Program-made: the position numbers and the translations under genes | Shown here: positions 1 through 10,815 of the stretch, one piece after another | Layout of the letters: the number at the start of each line of letters is the position of its first letter | Position numbering within the stretch: position 1 is the stretch's first letter | NCBI GenBank assembly: GCA_963764345.1 | Contig: CAVXSF010000009.1 | Location: 451,116 to 515,115, forward strand | Source of the DNA: an uncultured Bacteroidales bacterium | GTDB lineage: Bacteria > Bacteroidota > Bacteroidia > Bacteroidales > GCA-2748055 | Length of the DNA: 64,000 bases | Reading direction: 5' to 3' | The notes under the pieces: model-generated | Database searches by the model: none | Seen by the model: the letters and a program-made list of their open reading frames with translations, nothing else | Told to the model about the DNA's origin: nothing

Positions 1-1058
1 GTGGTAGCTTTGAATGGCTTAAACCGAAACCCGGGTACCCTACGGTTATTTTTGCCGGACTGAATATCGTGGAAGATTATCTTGCCGAGCTGCTCGAACT
101 TCTCAATGACAGAAAATACGGTATTGTGGTGATATCCAAATCAGGAACGACGACCGAGCCGGCCCTGGCCTTCCGCCTGCTGCGTGATCATCTCGAAGGG
201 AAAGTGGGAAAGGAAGAAGCCCGCGGGCTGATCATTGCCATCACCGACAAGGAGAGGGGTGCACTGAAAAAAGTGGCTACCGATGAGGGATACAAAACCT
301 ATGTGATCCCGGATGACGTGGGCGGCCGTTACTCGGTACTCACCCCGGTTGGACTCGTCCCCATTGCTATTGCCGGATATTCTGTCCGGGACATTGTCAA
401 AGGGGCCGCCGCTATGGAAAAACAAACTGCCGAAGGTATCCCCTTCGCAGAAAATCCCAGCGCTTTATATGCTGCTGCCAGAAATGCCCTTTACAGAAAA
501 GGAAAAAAAATTGAAATACTGGCCAACTATCATGATAAACTGGTGTATTTCTCCGAATGGTGGAAACAGCTTTACGGTGAGAGCGAGGGGAAGGACAACA
601 AAGGTATTTTTCCGGCCAGTGTGTATTTCACCGCCGACCTGCATTCCATGGGCCAGTATATCCAGGAAGGAGAACGTCATCTCTTTGAAACCGTGATCTC
701 CGTCAGGCAACCAGCCCACCATCTTGTCGTTCCTTCCGATAAGGAAGATCTCGACCAGCTGAATTACCTGTCCGGAAAACGTGTTGACGAGGTCAATAAA
801 ATGGCTGAATTGGGTACCATGCTCGCCCATGTTGACGGCGGGGTTCCGAATATCAAGGTGGAGATCGAAGAGATCAGCGAATACAACATCGGTCAGTTGA
901 TCTATTTCTTTGAGAAAGCCTGCGGGATAAGCGGCTATATGCTGAAAGTCAATCCATTTAACCAGCCGGGTGTGGAAGCCTATAAGAAAAATATGTTTGC
1001 TCTTCTGGAAAAACCCGGTTTCGAAGAAGAAACCAGGAAGATAAAAGCAAAACTATAG
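1..1058 (+). CDS. pgi: glucose-6-phosphate isomerase, 5' end cut by window edge
   Basis: The frame is open from nt 3 ([19 protein letters not shown]...), and the M listed at 69 is an internal [31 protein letters not shown] and NQPGVEAYK are PGI/SIS signatures. Confidence 0.92.
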   Translation, partial: GSFEWLKPKPGYPTVIFAGLNIVEDYLAELLELLNDRKYGIVVISKSGTTTEPALAFRLLRDHLEGKVGKEEARGLIIAITDKERGALKKVATDEGYKTYVIPDDVGGRYSVLTPVGLVPIAIAGYSVRDIVKGAAAMEKQTAEGIPFAENPSALYAAARNALYRKGKKIEILANYHDKLVYFSEWWKQLYGESEGKDNKGIFPASVYFTADLHSMGQYIQEGERHLFETVISVRQPAHHLVVPSDKEDLDQLNYLSGKRVDEVNKMAELGTMLAHVDGGVPNIKVEIEEISEYNIGQLIYFFEKACGISGYMLKVNPFNQPGVEAYKKNMFALLEKPGFEEETRKIKAKL

Positions 1059-1084
1059 GAAAATATTTTCACCAATGAATCAAA

Positions 1085-1118
1085 ACAGGTTGGACATAGT
1101 GTCCAACCTGTTCTTTTC
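1085..1118 (+). terminator. rho-independent terminator after pgi
   Basis: Perfect 11-bp stem acaggttggac / gtccaacctgt (1085-1095, 1101-1111) with a 5-nt loop, followed by the T-rich tract tcttttcc. Confidence 0.65.
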
Positions 1119-1233
1119 CTCTTTTCTTTTTCTCTTCATGCTTATGCCCCGTGTCCTCCGTAAGGATATCCAGAGCACAGAACCCCTACCCCCGCAATTA
1201 TTGTGGCTCTCTTTTCATCTTTCCCGCTCGCAT

Positions 1234-2574
1234 CTACTTCAGTTCATGCTTCCTGATAAACTCATCTAACACCTGGTTGAGATCCGGTTCCCCGATTTCC
1301 TGAAGGTCATAATACACCCTGGTGTTGGGCTTCTGGATCTTTACCACCCGGTTGAGATCAATGGGCGTTCCGATGATAACAGAATCACAGTCGGTATTAT
1401 TGATGGTGGCTTCGAGATCCCTGAGTTGCTGTTCGCCGTAGCCCATAGCAGGCAGCAGGGTACCGATACCCGGATAGATCATAAAGGTCTCGGTAAGCTT
1501 GCCCACGGTATACGGCCTCGGATCGATGAGCTCTGAAGCACCGTATTTCCTGGCTGCAACCACGCCGGCACCGATCTTCATTTCACCATGAGTGAGTGTC
1601 GGGCCGTCTTCCACAACCAGTACCCTTTTGCCTTTGATCACAGACGGATCATCAACCCTGATAGGTGAAGCCGCGTCGATGACAACAGCTTTAGGATTCA
1701 CTTTGTCAATGCTGTTCCTGACGATTTGCACCGAATCCGGATCTGCACTGTCGATCTTGTTAATGATCACGACATCGGCGATTCGAAGTGTGACTTCACC
1801 AGGGTAATACCGCAGTTCATGACCTGCCCGGTGTGGATCGGTAACTGTGATCATAAGGTCGGGGACATAAAAGGGAAAATCGTTATTTCCGCCATCCCAC
1901 AAAATGACATCACAACCGTCCGGATCATTTTCGGCCTCTTTCAGTATAGCCCCGTAATCGACGCCGGCATAGATCACATTACCCCTGACGATATGTGGTT
2001 CGTATTCCTCCATCTCTTCAATGGTACATTTATGTTTCTCAAGATCAGATATTTTAGCAAAGCGCTGCACTTTCTGATCAGCCAGGTTCCCATAAGGCAT
2101 CGGATGACGGATGGCTACAACTTTAAGCCCTCTTTCCATCAGAATTTCAATGATCCGCCTTGAGGTCTGACTTTTTCCGCAACCGGTACGCACAGCTCCG
2201 ACAGCTACAACCGGTTTGCTGCTTTTTATCATGGTTCCCTTCCATCCCGGAATGAGAAAGTCTGCTCCCGTAGCATTCACCAGGGCGCTCAGGTTCATCA
2301 CCCGTTGATAGGGTACATCACTATATGAAAATATACATTCATCAACATTCTTTTCCTTTATCAGGGAAGCTAACCTGTCCTCTGCAAATATCGGGATGCC
2401 GTCAGGATACAACTTCCCCGAAAGTCCGGAAGGGTATTTCCTGCCTTCTATATCCGGAATTTGTGCAGCGGTAAATGCAACAACATTGTAATCTTCATTG
2501 TCGCGGAAAAAGGTATTGAAATTGTGAAAATCTCTTCCTGCGGCGCCAATAATAATTACGTTCTTTCTGGCCAT
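1234..2574 (-). CDS. cyclic 2,3-diphosphoglycerate synthetase-like P-loop protein
   Basis: 446-aa ORF. The N-terminus IIIGAAGRDFHNFN and the Walker A motif GAVRTGCGKSQTS match the family usually annotated as cDPG synthetase in Bacteroidota. The function call is from memory of that family. Confidence 0.6.
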   Translation of the reverse strand: MARKNVIIIGAAGRDFHNFNTFFRDNEDYNVVAFTAAQIPDIEGRKYPSGLSGKLYPDGIPIFAEDRLASLIKEKNVDECIFSYSDVPYQRVMNLSALVNATGADFLIPGWKGTMIKSSKPVVAVGAVRTGCGKSQTSRRIIEILMERGLKVVAIRHPMPYGNLADQKVQRFAKISDLEKHKCTIEEMEEYEPHIVRGNVIYAGVDYGAILKEAENDPDGCDVILWDGGNNDFPFYVPDLMITVTDPHRAGHELRYYPGEVTLRIADVVIINKIDSADPDSVQIVRNSIDKVNPKAVVIDAASPIRVDDPSVIKGKRVLVVEDGPTLTHGEMKIGAGVVAARKYGASELIDPRPYTVGKLTETFMIYPGIGTLLPAMGYGEQQLRDLEATINNTDCDSVIIGTPIDLNRVVKIQKPNTRVYYDLQEIGEPDLNQVLDEFIRKHELK

Positions 2575-2871
2575 AAGATAAATGTTAAGTTAATGACTTG
2601 ATTCGATGAACAAACAAAATTGAGAAACATTTAAGACATATAAAATCTATTAAAAAACATATCTGAACGAAAGTCACTATTCAGTCGAAAAAAGATCATG
2701 ACCGGCATTGAGCTCTGAACCATAAGGATGACAGCGGTCGAAAACCGTTCTATAACATATTGACTGAATTGCTGAAAAGCCCGTCACAGCAAGGGAAAAT
2801 CGATAATTTTTTATAACTTTTGATGAGTTTGAGCGTTATGTAAGACAGACAGTTACTACAAAAACAAAAAA

Positions 2872-3480
2872 ATGAATTTTCTGGCTCACATATACCTGTC
2901 GGGAACAGATGAGAAAATTCTCGTTGGAAACTTCATGGGAGATTATGTGAAAGGAAGAGACTATCTTAAATATCCTGAAGACATACGCAAAGGCCTGCTT
3001 TTACACCGGCAAATAGATTTTTATACGGATAATCACCCCATCGTAAAAAACAGCAAGAAAAGGATCGAAAGTGTTTACCGGAAATATTCAGGGATCATCA
3101 TCGATATTTTTTATGATTATTTTCTGGCCACCAACTGGTCTGATTACTGCATTACTCCTCTTGATGAGTTCACCAGTGAGGTACACGACCTGCTGAGAAA
3201 GCATTATGATATATTGCCTCCCGGGATAAGGATCTGGTTTCCTAATTTCATCCAGGACAACTGGCTGATCTCCAATTCATCCATCGAAGGAATTGAGAAT
3301 GTGCTTCACCGTATGTCCAGCAGGACATCTCTCCCGGAATTCACCGATTTCGCCATCAAGGTCCTGAGAACTGAAGAATCAGGTATGCGACAGGAATTCA
3401 ATGAATTTTTCACCTGTATCCGGACTTATGTAGATGAAACATTTGGAATAAAGACCGGCTGTCCTTTTAAGGCTGCATAA
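2872..3480 (+). CDS. acpH: acyl carrier protein phosphodiesterase
   Basis: 202 aa. The N-terminus MNFLAHIYLSG...GNFMGDYVKG and LHRQIDFYTDNHP are characteristic of AcpH. Confidence 0.8.
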   Translation: MNFLAHIYLSGTDEKILVGNFMGDYVKGRDYLKYPEDIRKGLLLHRQIDFYTDNHPIVKNSKKRIESVYRKYSGIIIDIFYDYFLATNWSDYCITPLDEFTSEVHDLLRKHYDILPPGIRIWFPNFIQDNWLISNSSIEGIENVLHRMSSRTSLPEFTDFAIKVLRTEESGMRQEFNEFFTCIRTYVDETFGIKTGCPFKAA

Positions 3481-3583
3481 AAAGTCCTGATATTTTTTAT
3501 GCAGTCTGGATGCGAAGGTCTTTACCGTTCCGGCCGGATTCTGACTTAAAAATCACCAAAGTATAAAACACCCACAAACGGTT

Positions 3584-5005
3584 TTACCGGTTATACTCCA
3601 TCCTGGCAGCATCAAGTCGCAGGAATATAAAAAGTAGCAGTGTAAATGCCCAAAGCGAAGAGCCGCCGTAGCTGAAAAAGGGCAGAGGAATCCCAATGAC
3701 GGGGAATAGCCCGATGGTCATGGCAATATTAATGGTAAAATGAAAGAAGATGACCGAGAAAACACCATATCCAAATACCCTGGCGAAAACGCTTCGTTGT
3801 CTCTCTGCCAACTGGATCAGGCGAATCAGAAGAGTGACAAAGAGACCCACCACAACCATTGAACCCAGGAATCCCCATTCTTCGCCAACGGTGCAGAAAA
3901 TAAAATCGGTACTTTGTTCGGGCACAAAATGCAGCTTTGTCTGGGTGCCCTTCAGAAAACCTTTTCCTGTAACTCCTCCTGAGCCAATGGCAATTTTGGA
4001 TTGATTTACATTGTAACCTGCACCTTTGGGATCAGATTGCACACCCAGAAGAATGTTGATCCTGTTTTGCTGGTAATTGCTCAACACATGATGAAATGCA
4101 TAATCCACTGAGAACGTATACACAATTCCGGTGATTACAATGGCAAAAACATAAAACGCCTTTTTGAGTCTGTTTTTATATATATAAACAAGATAAAAGG
4201 CAGTTGAGGGAACTAAGGCGGCAAGTCCAGTGAAATACAAATCCTTCTGAAGTCCCGTCAGTTTTAGGAGACCGTAAACTATTCCAAAAGAAACGATATA
4301 GACGGCGGTAACTCTTAAAAAATTCTTAAAGCTCCCGGTAAGGAAACCCCAGACTACAAACCCGGAGAAAAGGATGATCAGGAGTAAAATAAAATTACTC
4401 AGCAGCAAAATCATAAAAAACAATACCCCGAGTGCAATGAGGGACATCAGGATCGCTGCAGGAAATCCCTGGCGGTATACCGGCAGCATAAACGAAAAGA
4501 AAACCAGGGCAGAGCCTGTGTCGGGTTGCAACAGGATAAGAGCCGCCGGCGTAAATATGATAATGGCAGCTTTGATGAAGGTCTTGAAATTAGTTACGTT
4601 GATGTTGAACCCCGAGAGGTATTTCGCCAGGGCAAGGGCAACAGCAGGTTTGGCAAATTCGGAGGGCTGGATCTGGAATCCCCCGATCACAAACCAGCTC
4701 CTGGCACCGTTAATTTCCCGACCGGCGACCAGAACGACAATCAATAAAAGCAATACAATACCGTAGATCAGGTAGGCAAAAAAATCATAAAATTTGTGAT
4801 CGATGGTCATCACCACTATGGCGATCAGAATTGAAGCACAAATCCACAAAAATTGTTTCCCGTATCGTTGGTTCAGGTCTAGAATACTGGGATGCTGGTC
4901 GGAATAAATGGCAGAAAAGATATTAAGCCAGCCCAGTGTGATCATCACCAGAAAAAGGATAATGGTGAACCAGTCGACGTTCGCTATGATATTCCCTCTT
5001 TTCAC
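3584..5005 (-). CDS. rodA: rod shape-determining protein RodA (SEDS family)
   Basis: Polytopic membrane protein with the FtsW/RodA/SpoVE C-terminal motifs PEQSTDFIF, GEEWGFLG and PLPFFSYGGSS. The ORF extends to 5074, but a GTG at 5005 overlaps the mrdA TGA stop as GTGA, which is the likely coupled start. Confidence 0.9.
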   Translation of the reverse strand: MKRGNIIANVDWFTIILFLVMITLGWLNIFSAIYSDQHPSILDLNQRYGKQFLWICASILIAIVVMTIDHKFYDFFAYLIYGIVLLLLIVVLVAGREINGARSWFVIGGFQIQPSEFAKPAVALALAKYLSGFNINVTNFKTFIKAAIIIFTPAALILLQPDTGSALVFFSFMLPVYRQGFPAAILMSLIALGVLFFMILLLSNFILLLIILFSGFVVWGFLTGSFKNFLRVTAVYIVSFGIVYGLLKLTGLQKDLYFTGLAALVPSTAFYLVYIYKNRLKKAFYVFAIVITGIVYTFSVDYAFHHVLSNYQQNRINILLGVQSDPKGAGYNVNQSKIAIGSGGVTGKGFLKGTQTKLHFVPEQSTDFIFCTVGEEWGFLGSMVVVGLFVTLLIRLIQLAERQRSVFARVFGYGVFSVIFFHFTINIAMTIGLFPVIGIPLPFFSYGGSSLWAFTLLLFIFLRLDAARMEYNR

Positions 5006-6849
5006 CTTGCAGCCACCTCCTCCGTTTTCTTTTCTTTTTTCTGCATGCCGTTCAGAATATAGTTTTCCAGCCATGTTCGCTTAACCACACCATTCAGGTA
5101 TTTTTCAATCATCAGACTGGCAATGGGGGCTGCCCAGGTAGCTCCAAATCCCACATTTTCGACATAGACGGCAATGGCAATCTGAGGATTTTCCCTGGGT
5201 GCGAAGGCAATAAAGATGGAGTGATCGGCCCCGAACGGGTTTTGCGCCGTTCCTGTTTTACCGCAAATCTCAACATCATTCAGTTTGGCGATTCTGGCCG
5301 TGCTTCCGGGGCCACCATTTACGGCAGCATCCATTCCATCGATTGCCACTTCAAAATTGGCACTGTCGATATGCGTATAATGTCTTGTCGTAAAAGCCGG
5401 ATCGGGAGGGGCATTATTGTTTACATTTTTCAGGACATGCGGTACATAGTAACTTCCCCGGTTAGAAATGGTGGCTGCCATGTTCGCCATTTGCATGGGT
5501 GTGATCCCGAGCTCTCCCTGTCCGATGGCGAGTGAAATGATCGTCAGAAAACTCCAGTGACCGGGACCATAATATTTGTCATAATACGTCGATTGGGGAA
5601 CAAATCCTTTAAGCTCACCGGGTATATCTGAACCTAGCCGTTCGCCGAATCCGAATGAAGTAACATAACGCCGCCAGTGATTATAAGCTGAATCGGTACC
5701 CGAAAATTTCGGATCTTCCATGATACGCCTGAGTACATTGCAAAAGTATGCATTGCAGGAGATCTGGATACCCTCTCGCAGGTCAAGCGGTGACATATGA
5801 TCATGACAGCCGACATGAATACCTTTGTAATAATAACCCCTGTTGCAGTAGAACTCGTCGGAAGGTACCAGGACTTTTTCCTGTAATCCAATCAAGCCGT
5901 TGATGATCTTAAAGGTGGAACCCGGAGGATAGCTTGCGGCAACAGCCCGGTTGAACAGTGGATTCAGGGTATCGGATGTCAGTTCCTGGAAATGATCGCT
6001 TAATCCCCTGCCAACGAGAAGTCCCGGATCATAGGAAGGAGCACTGACCAGGGTCAGAATTTCACCGCTTGAGGGATCTATCGCCACGATACTCCCGGTA
6101 AATTTACCCATCAGTTTCTCACCATATTCCTGGAGATCGGCATCGAGGGTCAAGGTTATATCGGTACCCAGTTTTGCCGGCACATCATATTTTCCGCCTT
6201 CCCATGCACCGGTTACCCGGTTACGTACGTCAACCATGTAATTTTTCTTCCCCTTTACACCTCTTAAAAGATTTTCATACGTTTTTTCAACACCGCTGAT
6301 ACCGATGTAGTCACCCATCTGATAATAATTGTCTTCATCAATCGTCTTGCGATCGACTTCACCGACATAACCCAGCACGTGAGCAGCAATATTCTTCGAA
6401 TATCGACGAAGGGTACGTGTCTGAACGAAAAAGCCGGGATACTTATAAAGTTTCTCCTGAAGAACAGAACTGATCTCTGCAGACATCTGCTTCATGAAAA
6501 TGGAAGGGGCATACCGGTTATAACTGATCGCCTTCTGGATTCTCTGTTCAAGGCTTTCTTTGGTAATATTAAGGATACTGCAAAAATCTGCAGTATCAAA
6601 GGGTTCGAGCTGCGAAGGGTTGACCATGATATCATACGCAGCCTGGTTTGACACAATAAGTTTACCATTGCGGTCGTAAATAAGTCCTCTTGCCGGATAC
6701 TGAATAACTTCCCTGCGGGAATTATTCTCAGCAGACAGCTTGTAGGATGAATCCATGACCTGCATACTGAAAAGCCGGGCAAGGATGACCAATGAAGCCA
6801 GAATCAATAATGCCCCTATAATATATTTCCTCTCCACGAACTGATTCAT
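5002..6849 (-). CDS. mrdA: penicillin-binding protein 2 (elongasome transpeptidase)
   Basis: 615 aa with an N-terminal TM helix, the PBP dimerisation region, and transpeptidase motifs STFK (PGSTFKI) and KTGTA. Confidence 0.92.
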   Translation of the reverse strand: MNQFVERKYIIGALLILASLVILARLFSMQVMDSSYKLSAENNSRREVIQYPARGLIYDRNGKLIVSNQAAYDIMVNPSQLEPFDTADFCSILNITKESLEQRIQKAISYNRYAPSIFMKQMSAEISSVLQEKLYKYPGFFVQTRTLRRYSKNIAAHVLGYVGEVDRKTIDEDNYYQMGDYIGISGVEKTYENLLRGVKGKKNYMVDVRNRVTGAWEGGKYDVPAKLGTDITLTLDADLQEYGEKLMGKFTGSIVAIDPSSGEILTLVSAPSYDPGLLVGRGLSDHFQELTSDTLNPLFNRAVAASYPPGSTFKIINGLIGLQEKVLVPSDEFYCNRGYYYKGIHVGCHDHMSPLDLREGIQISCNAYFCNVLRRIMEDPKFSGTDSAYNHWRRYVTSFGFGERLGSDIPGELKGFVPQSTYYDKYYGPGHWSFLTIISLAIGQGELGITPMQMANMAATISNRGSYYVPHVLKNVNNNAPPDPAFTTRHYTHIDSANFEVAIDGMDAAVNGGPGSTARIAKLNDVEICGKTGTAQNPFGADHSIFIAFAPRENPQIAIAVYVENVGFGATWAAPIASLMIEKYLNGVVKRTWLENYILNGMQKKEKKTEEVAAR

Positions 6850-7355
6850 TATCTGCGATAGATAAAAAACTGGCTTATTAAAATTAAGAGTGTCGTAATT
6901 AATGAACTTAGAATTGTCCTTAAAAGTATTTGCGGAAGGTCACTAAATCTGAACATTTCCACCATGAAAAGAAACAGGTGGTGTGCAACGACAAGTATCA
7001 GTGTATATTTCGCAAACCATTTAATGCCGTAATAGTGAACCCTGGGGAATGTTCCTGGTTCATAACCATCGCGGGGCGAAAAATTCTTAAGAACAAAAGG
7101 CCTGAGGAATGCCATGAATACGGTTGCTGAGGCATGCATACCCGGTGTAGACATAAACATATCCATTGTAAATCCCAGGGCAAAGGCTGTAGAAAGTAAC
7201 AGCCATCCCGGAACTTCAAACGGTAACAGTAAAATAAAAATCACATAGAAGTAAGGATTCAGGTAACCGCTCACCTCAATATTGTTAAAGAGGAGAATCT
7301 GAAGCAGAATCACCGTGAAGAACCGGATAATATTTCTGATATATATTCTAATCAT
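6849..7355 (-). CDS. mreD: rod shape-determining protein MreD
   Basis: 168-aa multi-TM protein between mreC and mrdA. Its TAA stop overlaps the mrdA ATG as TAATG. Confidence 0.8.
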   Translation of the reverse strand: MIRIYIRNIIRFFTVILLQILLFNNIEVSGYLNPYFYVIFILLLPFEVPGWLLLSTAFALGFTMDMFMSTPGMHASATVFMAFLRPFVLKNFSPRDGYEPGTFPRVHYYGIKWFAKYTLILVVAHHLFLFMVEMFRFSDLPQILLRTILSSLITTLLILISQFFIYRR

Positions 7356-8194
7356 TTCCCTGCCCGTTCTCCAGTTCCTTCCTTTCCTGTCGCTGAAAAT
7401 TACTGATCACGTTTACGTGATATATGTTCCTGAAGTTTGTGGAAAGACTGACAATTATATCATAAAAATTACCTTCGCCGGGCTTTACTGAATTTACCAC
7501 GCCAATCATAAGGTTTGGCGGGAAAATGGCCGAATACCCGCTGGTCACCACGGTATCTCCAGGCATCACCGTAACATGGGTCGGGATTTCACGAAGCCTT
7601 ACCTGGGCCGGATCGCGGCCGTCCCCACTCAATGATCCCGAAATAGTTATTTCTGAGGATTCTTGCACTAAGTCTGAAATTCCGGTTGAGGATCGGGATA
7701 ATCGTAGCATAATTTTTTGACACATCCGTCACCACACCAACAACTCCCTGTTCCGAGATAACACCCATATCTTTCTTCACACCCTGGTATGATCCCTTGT
7801 CAATCATTATATAATTGTACTGACGGTTTACCGAGTTATTGATAATCCTGGCCGGGATATAGAAATATTTCCGTCCTTCCTGCTTTTCCCTGAGAGTATC
7901 AAAAGACGCGGAATCATTCCGGCTAATATATATTATTTCCGCATCCCGGTCGAGCTTGTTCCGAAGCCTGGCATTCTCATAGACTAAGGCATCATTTTCG
8001 GTTTTAAGATGAAGATACTCGCGGAATCCCTCCAGCTCTGCATAAACAGCGCCCGTAACACTTCTCGAAAAACCCATGAACTTGGAAAGCTGAAAACCAT
8101 TGAACTGAATGATCAATACGAAGCATATTCCTTCAATCAGAAGGAACAGAATAACAAAGTAGTTTCTTACGATGAATCGCAGAAGATCTCTCAT
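7348..8194 (-). pseudogene. mreC: rod shape-determining protein MreC, interrupted by a frameshift (or sequencing error)
   Basis: ORF 7589..8194 carries the MreC N-terminal TM helix and coiled coil. ORF 7348..7725 carries the C-terminal part (VMPGDTVVTSGYSAIFPPNLMIGVV). The frames rejoin as EWDGRDPAQV if one base is dropped from the CCCC run at 7623..7626. Confidence 0.85.
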
Positions 8195-8213
8195 TCTGTC
8201 AGCAATGCCTGTT

Positions 8214-9233
8214 TTATCTCATTAAGAAAGAAAACCTGTCCACATTTTTCAGAGCGATCCCTGTACCCCGGGCAACAGCCTGGAGGGGATCTTCAGCCAC
8301 ATGGAAAGGAATATTAATTTTATCGGTGAACCGCTTATCCAGTCCCCGGAGAAGAGCACCACCGCCGGCAAGATAAATACCACTCTGTACGATATCTGCA
8401 TATAATTCCGGAGGTGTTTGTTCGAGAACCGAGAGAATAGCCGTTTCGATTTTTGAAATGGACTTATCAAGACAGTGGGCAATTTCCTGGTATGATATCG
8501 GAATTTCAATGGGCATGGCCGTCATCAGATTCGGTCCGCGAACATTAAAATCGGTGGGAGGCATATCCAGTTCAGGAAGTGAGGATCCGACGCTGATCTT
8601 AATTTCTTCTGCGGTCCTTTCTCCAATCTTGATATTATGTTGATGCCTCATATAGGTCTGAATATCGGCAGTAAACCCGTCACCGGCCACCCGCAGCGAC
8701 TGGTTACAAACAATGCCGCCCAGTGCGATCACCGCAATTTCTGTCGTTCCCCCCCCAATATCAACAACCATGCTCCCGTTCGGAGCTTCCACATCGATTC
8801 CGATACCAATGGCAGCAGCCATGGGTTCATAAATCATGTAAACATCACGGCCACCGGCGTGCTCGGAAGAGTCCCTCACTGCTCTGCGCTCCACTTCGGT
8901 ACAACCCGAAGGGATACAAACCACCATCTTCAGGGAAGGCGTAAACAGACGATTCCCTTTGTTGATCAGTTTGATCATTCCCCTGATCATCTGCTCTGCG
9001 GCATCGAAATCAGCAATGACACCATCCCTCAAAGGCCTGATGGTCTTGATGAATTCATGGGTTTTACCGTGCATCTGTCTTGCTTTCTCACCTATAGCAA
9101 TAAGCTTCCCCGTCTTTTGATCAATCGCAACAATAGACGGCTCATTCACAACAACCTTATCATTATAAATGATGATGGTATTGGCTGTACCCAGATCTAT
9201 TGCCAGTTCCTGCTGAAAAGAAAACAATCCCAT
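8214..9233 (-). CDS. mreB: rod shape-determining protein MreB (actin-like ATPase)
   Basis: 339 aa. DLGTANT, VVCIPSG.TEVERRAV and DIGGGTTE are actin-fold phosphate and adenosine motifs. Confidence 0.95.
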   Translation of the reverse strand: MGLFSFQQELAIDLGTANTIIIYNDKVVVNEPSIVAIDQKTGKLIAIGEKARQMHGKTHEFIKTIRPLRDGVIADFDAAEQMIRGMIKLINKGNRLFTPSLKMVVCIPSGCTEVERRAVRDSSEHAGGRDVYMIYEPMAAAIGIGIDVEAPNGSMVVDIGGGTTEIAVIALGGIVCNQSLRVAGDGFTADIQTYMRHQHNIKIGERTAEEIKISVGSSLPELDMPPTDFNVRGPNLMTAMPIEIPISYQEIAHCLDKSISKIETAILSVLEQTPPELYADIVQSGIYLAGGGALLRGLDKRFTDKINIPFHVAEDPLQAVARGTGIALKNVDRFSFLMR

Positions 9234-9241
9234 AAGTTATA

Positions 9242-10765
9242 TCAGTGTTTAAAATGTCGTATTCCTGTAAATACCATACTAATGCCATTTTGGTTACAAA
9301 ATTCCACAGAATCCTCATCCCTTACCGAACCTCCGGGCTGGATAACCGACGTTACACCGGCGTTGAAAGCAATTTCCACTGAATCGGCAAATGGGAAAAA
9401 AGCATCCGATGCCATGACCGAACCATGGAGGTCAAAATGAAAATTTCCTGCTTTATCAATCGCCTGTCTTAGGGCATCTACCCTGGAAGTTTGTCCCACA
9501 CCACTGGCAATCAGCTGTTTATTTTTTGCTAAAACAATAGCATTCGATTTTGTATGCTTGACGATTTTATTGGCAAATATAAGGTCTTCAACCTGGCCGG
9601 CAGTGGGTTCTGCTTTCGTCACCACCCTGAGATCACCGGCCTCTTCAACATTAACATCCCGGTCCTGCACCAGCACACCATTTAAAACGGATCGTGCAGT
9701 TCTATTTTGAAGATTTCCTGATTTCTGCACCAGGATAATACGGTTTTTTTTCTGTTTAAGTATGTCGAGTGCATCTCCGGCATAAGAGGGTGCGATGACG
9801 ACCTCGAAAAAGATTTTATTCATCTCTTCGGCCGTCTCCCTGTCCACCTCCCGGTTTGTGATCAGGATACCACCATAAGCCGAAACAGGATCCCCGGCAA
9901 GTGCATCTTTCCAGGCTTCCAAAAGGACAGGACGTGAAGCCAGACCACAGGCATTGTTATGCTTCAGTACGGCACAGGTGGTTTCCTGAAAATCCGATAT
10001 CAGGCCAACAGCAGCATCGATATCGAGCAGGTTGTTATATGAAATTTCCTTCCCGTGAAGCTGATCGAACATCTCTTCAAACTGTCCGAAAAAGAATCCT
10101 TCCTGATGGGGATTTTCGCCATAACGCAGGGCTTTCCCCGGACCGGCACTTAGCCTGAATTCATGGTTCTCATTCTTGTCGAACCAATTGTAGATCATGG
10201 TATCGTAATGGGACGAAACGGCGAAGGCTTTTGCTGCATAGTCACGCCTGTCTTCAATGTCGGTTACACCCGATTTGCTCTCCAGAAGCTCAACCAGCTC
10301 ACCGTACTGGCTGCGTGAAGAAACGATGAGTACATCGCGGTAGTTTTTGGCTGCGGCCCTGATCAGGGATATGCCGCCGATATCAATCTTCTCTATCACA
10401 GCCTGCTCCTCCGCACCTGATTTTACCGTTTCCTCAAACGGGTACAAATCCACGATCACCAGGTCAATTTCCGGGATATCGTACTCTGCCAGTTGACTGA
10501 GATCGGAATCAATATGACGCCTTGAAAGAATCCCTCCGAAGACTTTGGGATGAAGAGTTTTTACCCTTCCTCCCAGAATGGAAGGATAGGATGTAAGATC
10601 TTCAACCGAGGTAACCTTTATTCCATGATCTTCGATAAAAGTCTTTGTTCCTCCTGTGGAAATAATATTTATCTTTAACGCTTCCAATATTTTTATGACC
10701 CTGTCAAGATTTTCTTTGTAGTAAACAGAAATAAGGGCGGTTTTAATTTTTTTTAAATTACTCAT
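9242..10765 (-). CDS. purH: bifunctional AICAR formyltransferase / IMP cyclohydrolase
   Basis: 507 aa. Motifs are ALISVYYK, STGGT, GGRVKTLHP, YGENPHQ and the C-terminal VIQPGGS.RD...GI.MVFTG.RHFKH. Confidence 0.95.
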   Translation of the reverse strand: MSNLKKIKTALISVYYKENLDRVIKILEALKINIISTGGTKTFIEDHGIKVTSVEDLTSYPSILGGRVKTLHPKVFGGILSRRHIDSDLSQLAEYDIPEIDLVIVDLYPFEETVKSGAEEQAVIEKIDIGGISLIRAAAKNYRDVLIVSSRSQYGELVELLESKSGVTDIEDRRDYAAKAFAVSSHYDTMIYNWFDKNENHEFRLSAGPGKALRYGENPHQEGFFFGQFEEMFDQLHGKEISYNNLLDIDAAVGLISDFQETTCAVLKHNNACGLASRPVLLEAWKDALAGDPVSAYGGILITNREVDRETAEEMNKIFFEVVIAPSYAGDALDILKQKKNRIILVQKSGNLQNRTARSVLNGVLVQDRDVNVEEAGDLRVVTKAEPTAGQVEDLIFANKIVKHTKSNAIVLAKNKQLIASGVGQTSRVDALRQAIDKAGNFHFDLHGSVMASDAFFPFADSVEIAFNAGVTSVIQPGGSVRDEDSVEFCNQNGISMVFTGIRHFKH

Positions 10766-10807
10766 TTATAATTCGTTGATTTAAACGTTAAAAATATCAT
10801 AATCTGC

Positions 10808-10815
10808 CAAAAATA
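10808..10815 (-). promoter_or_regulatory. candidate Bacteroidota -7 promoter box (TAnnTTTG) for the purH-mre operon
   Basis: The minus strand reads TATTTTTG, 43-50 nt upstream of the purH ATG. This is a motif match only. Confidence 0.3.

Noticed and set aside
8637-9440. 267-aa ORF on the plus strand spanning the mreB/purH junction
   Set aside because: It is antisense to two highly conserved genes and crosses their intergenic gap. It is a shadow ORF.
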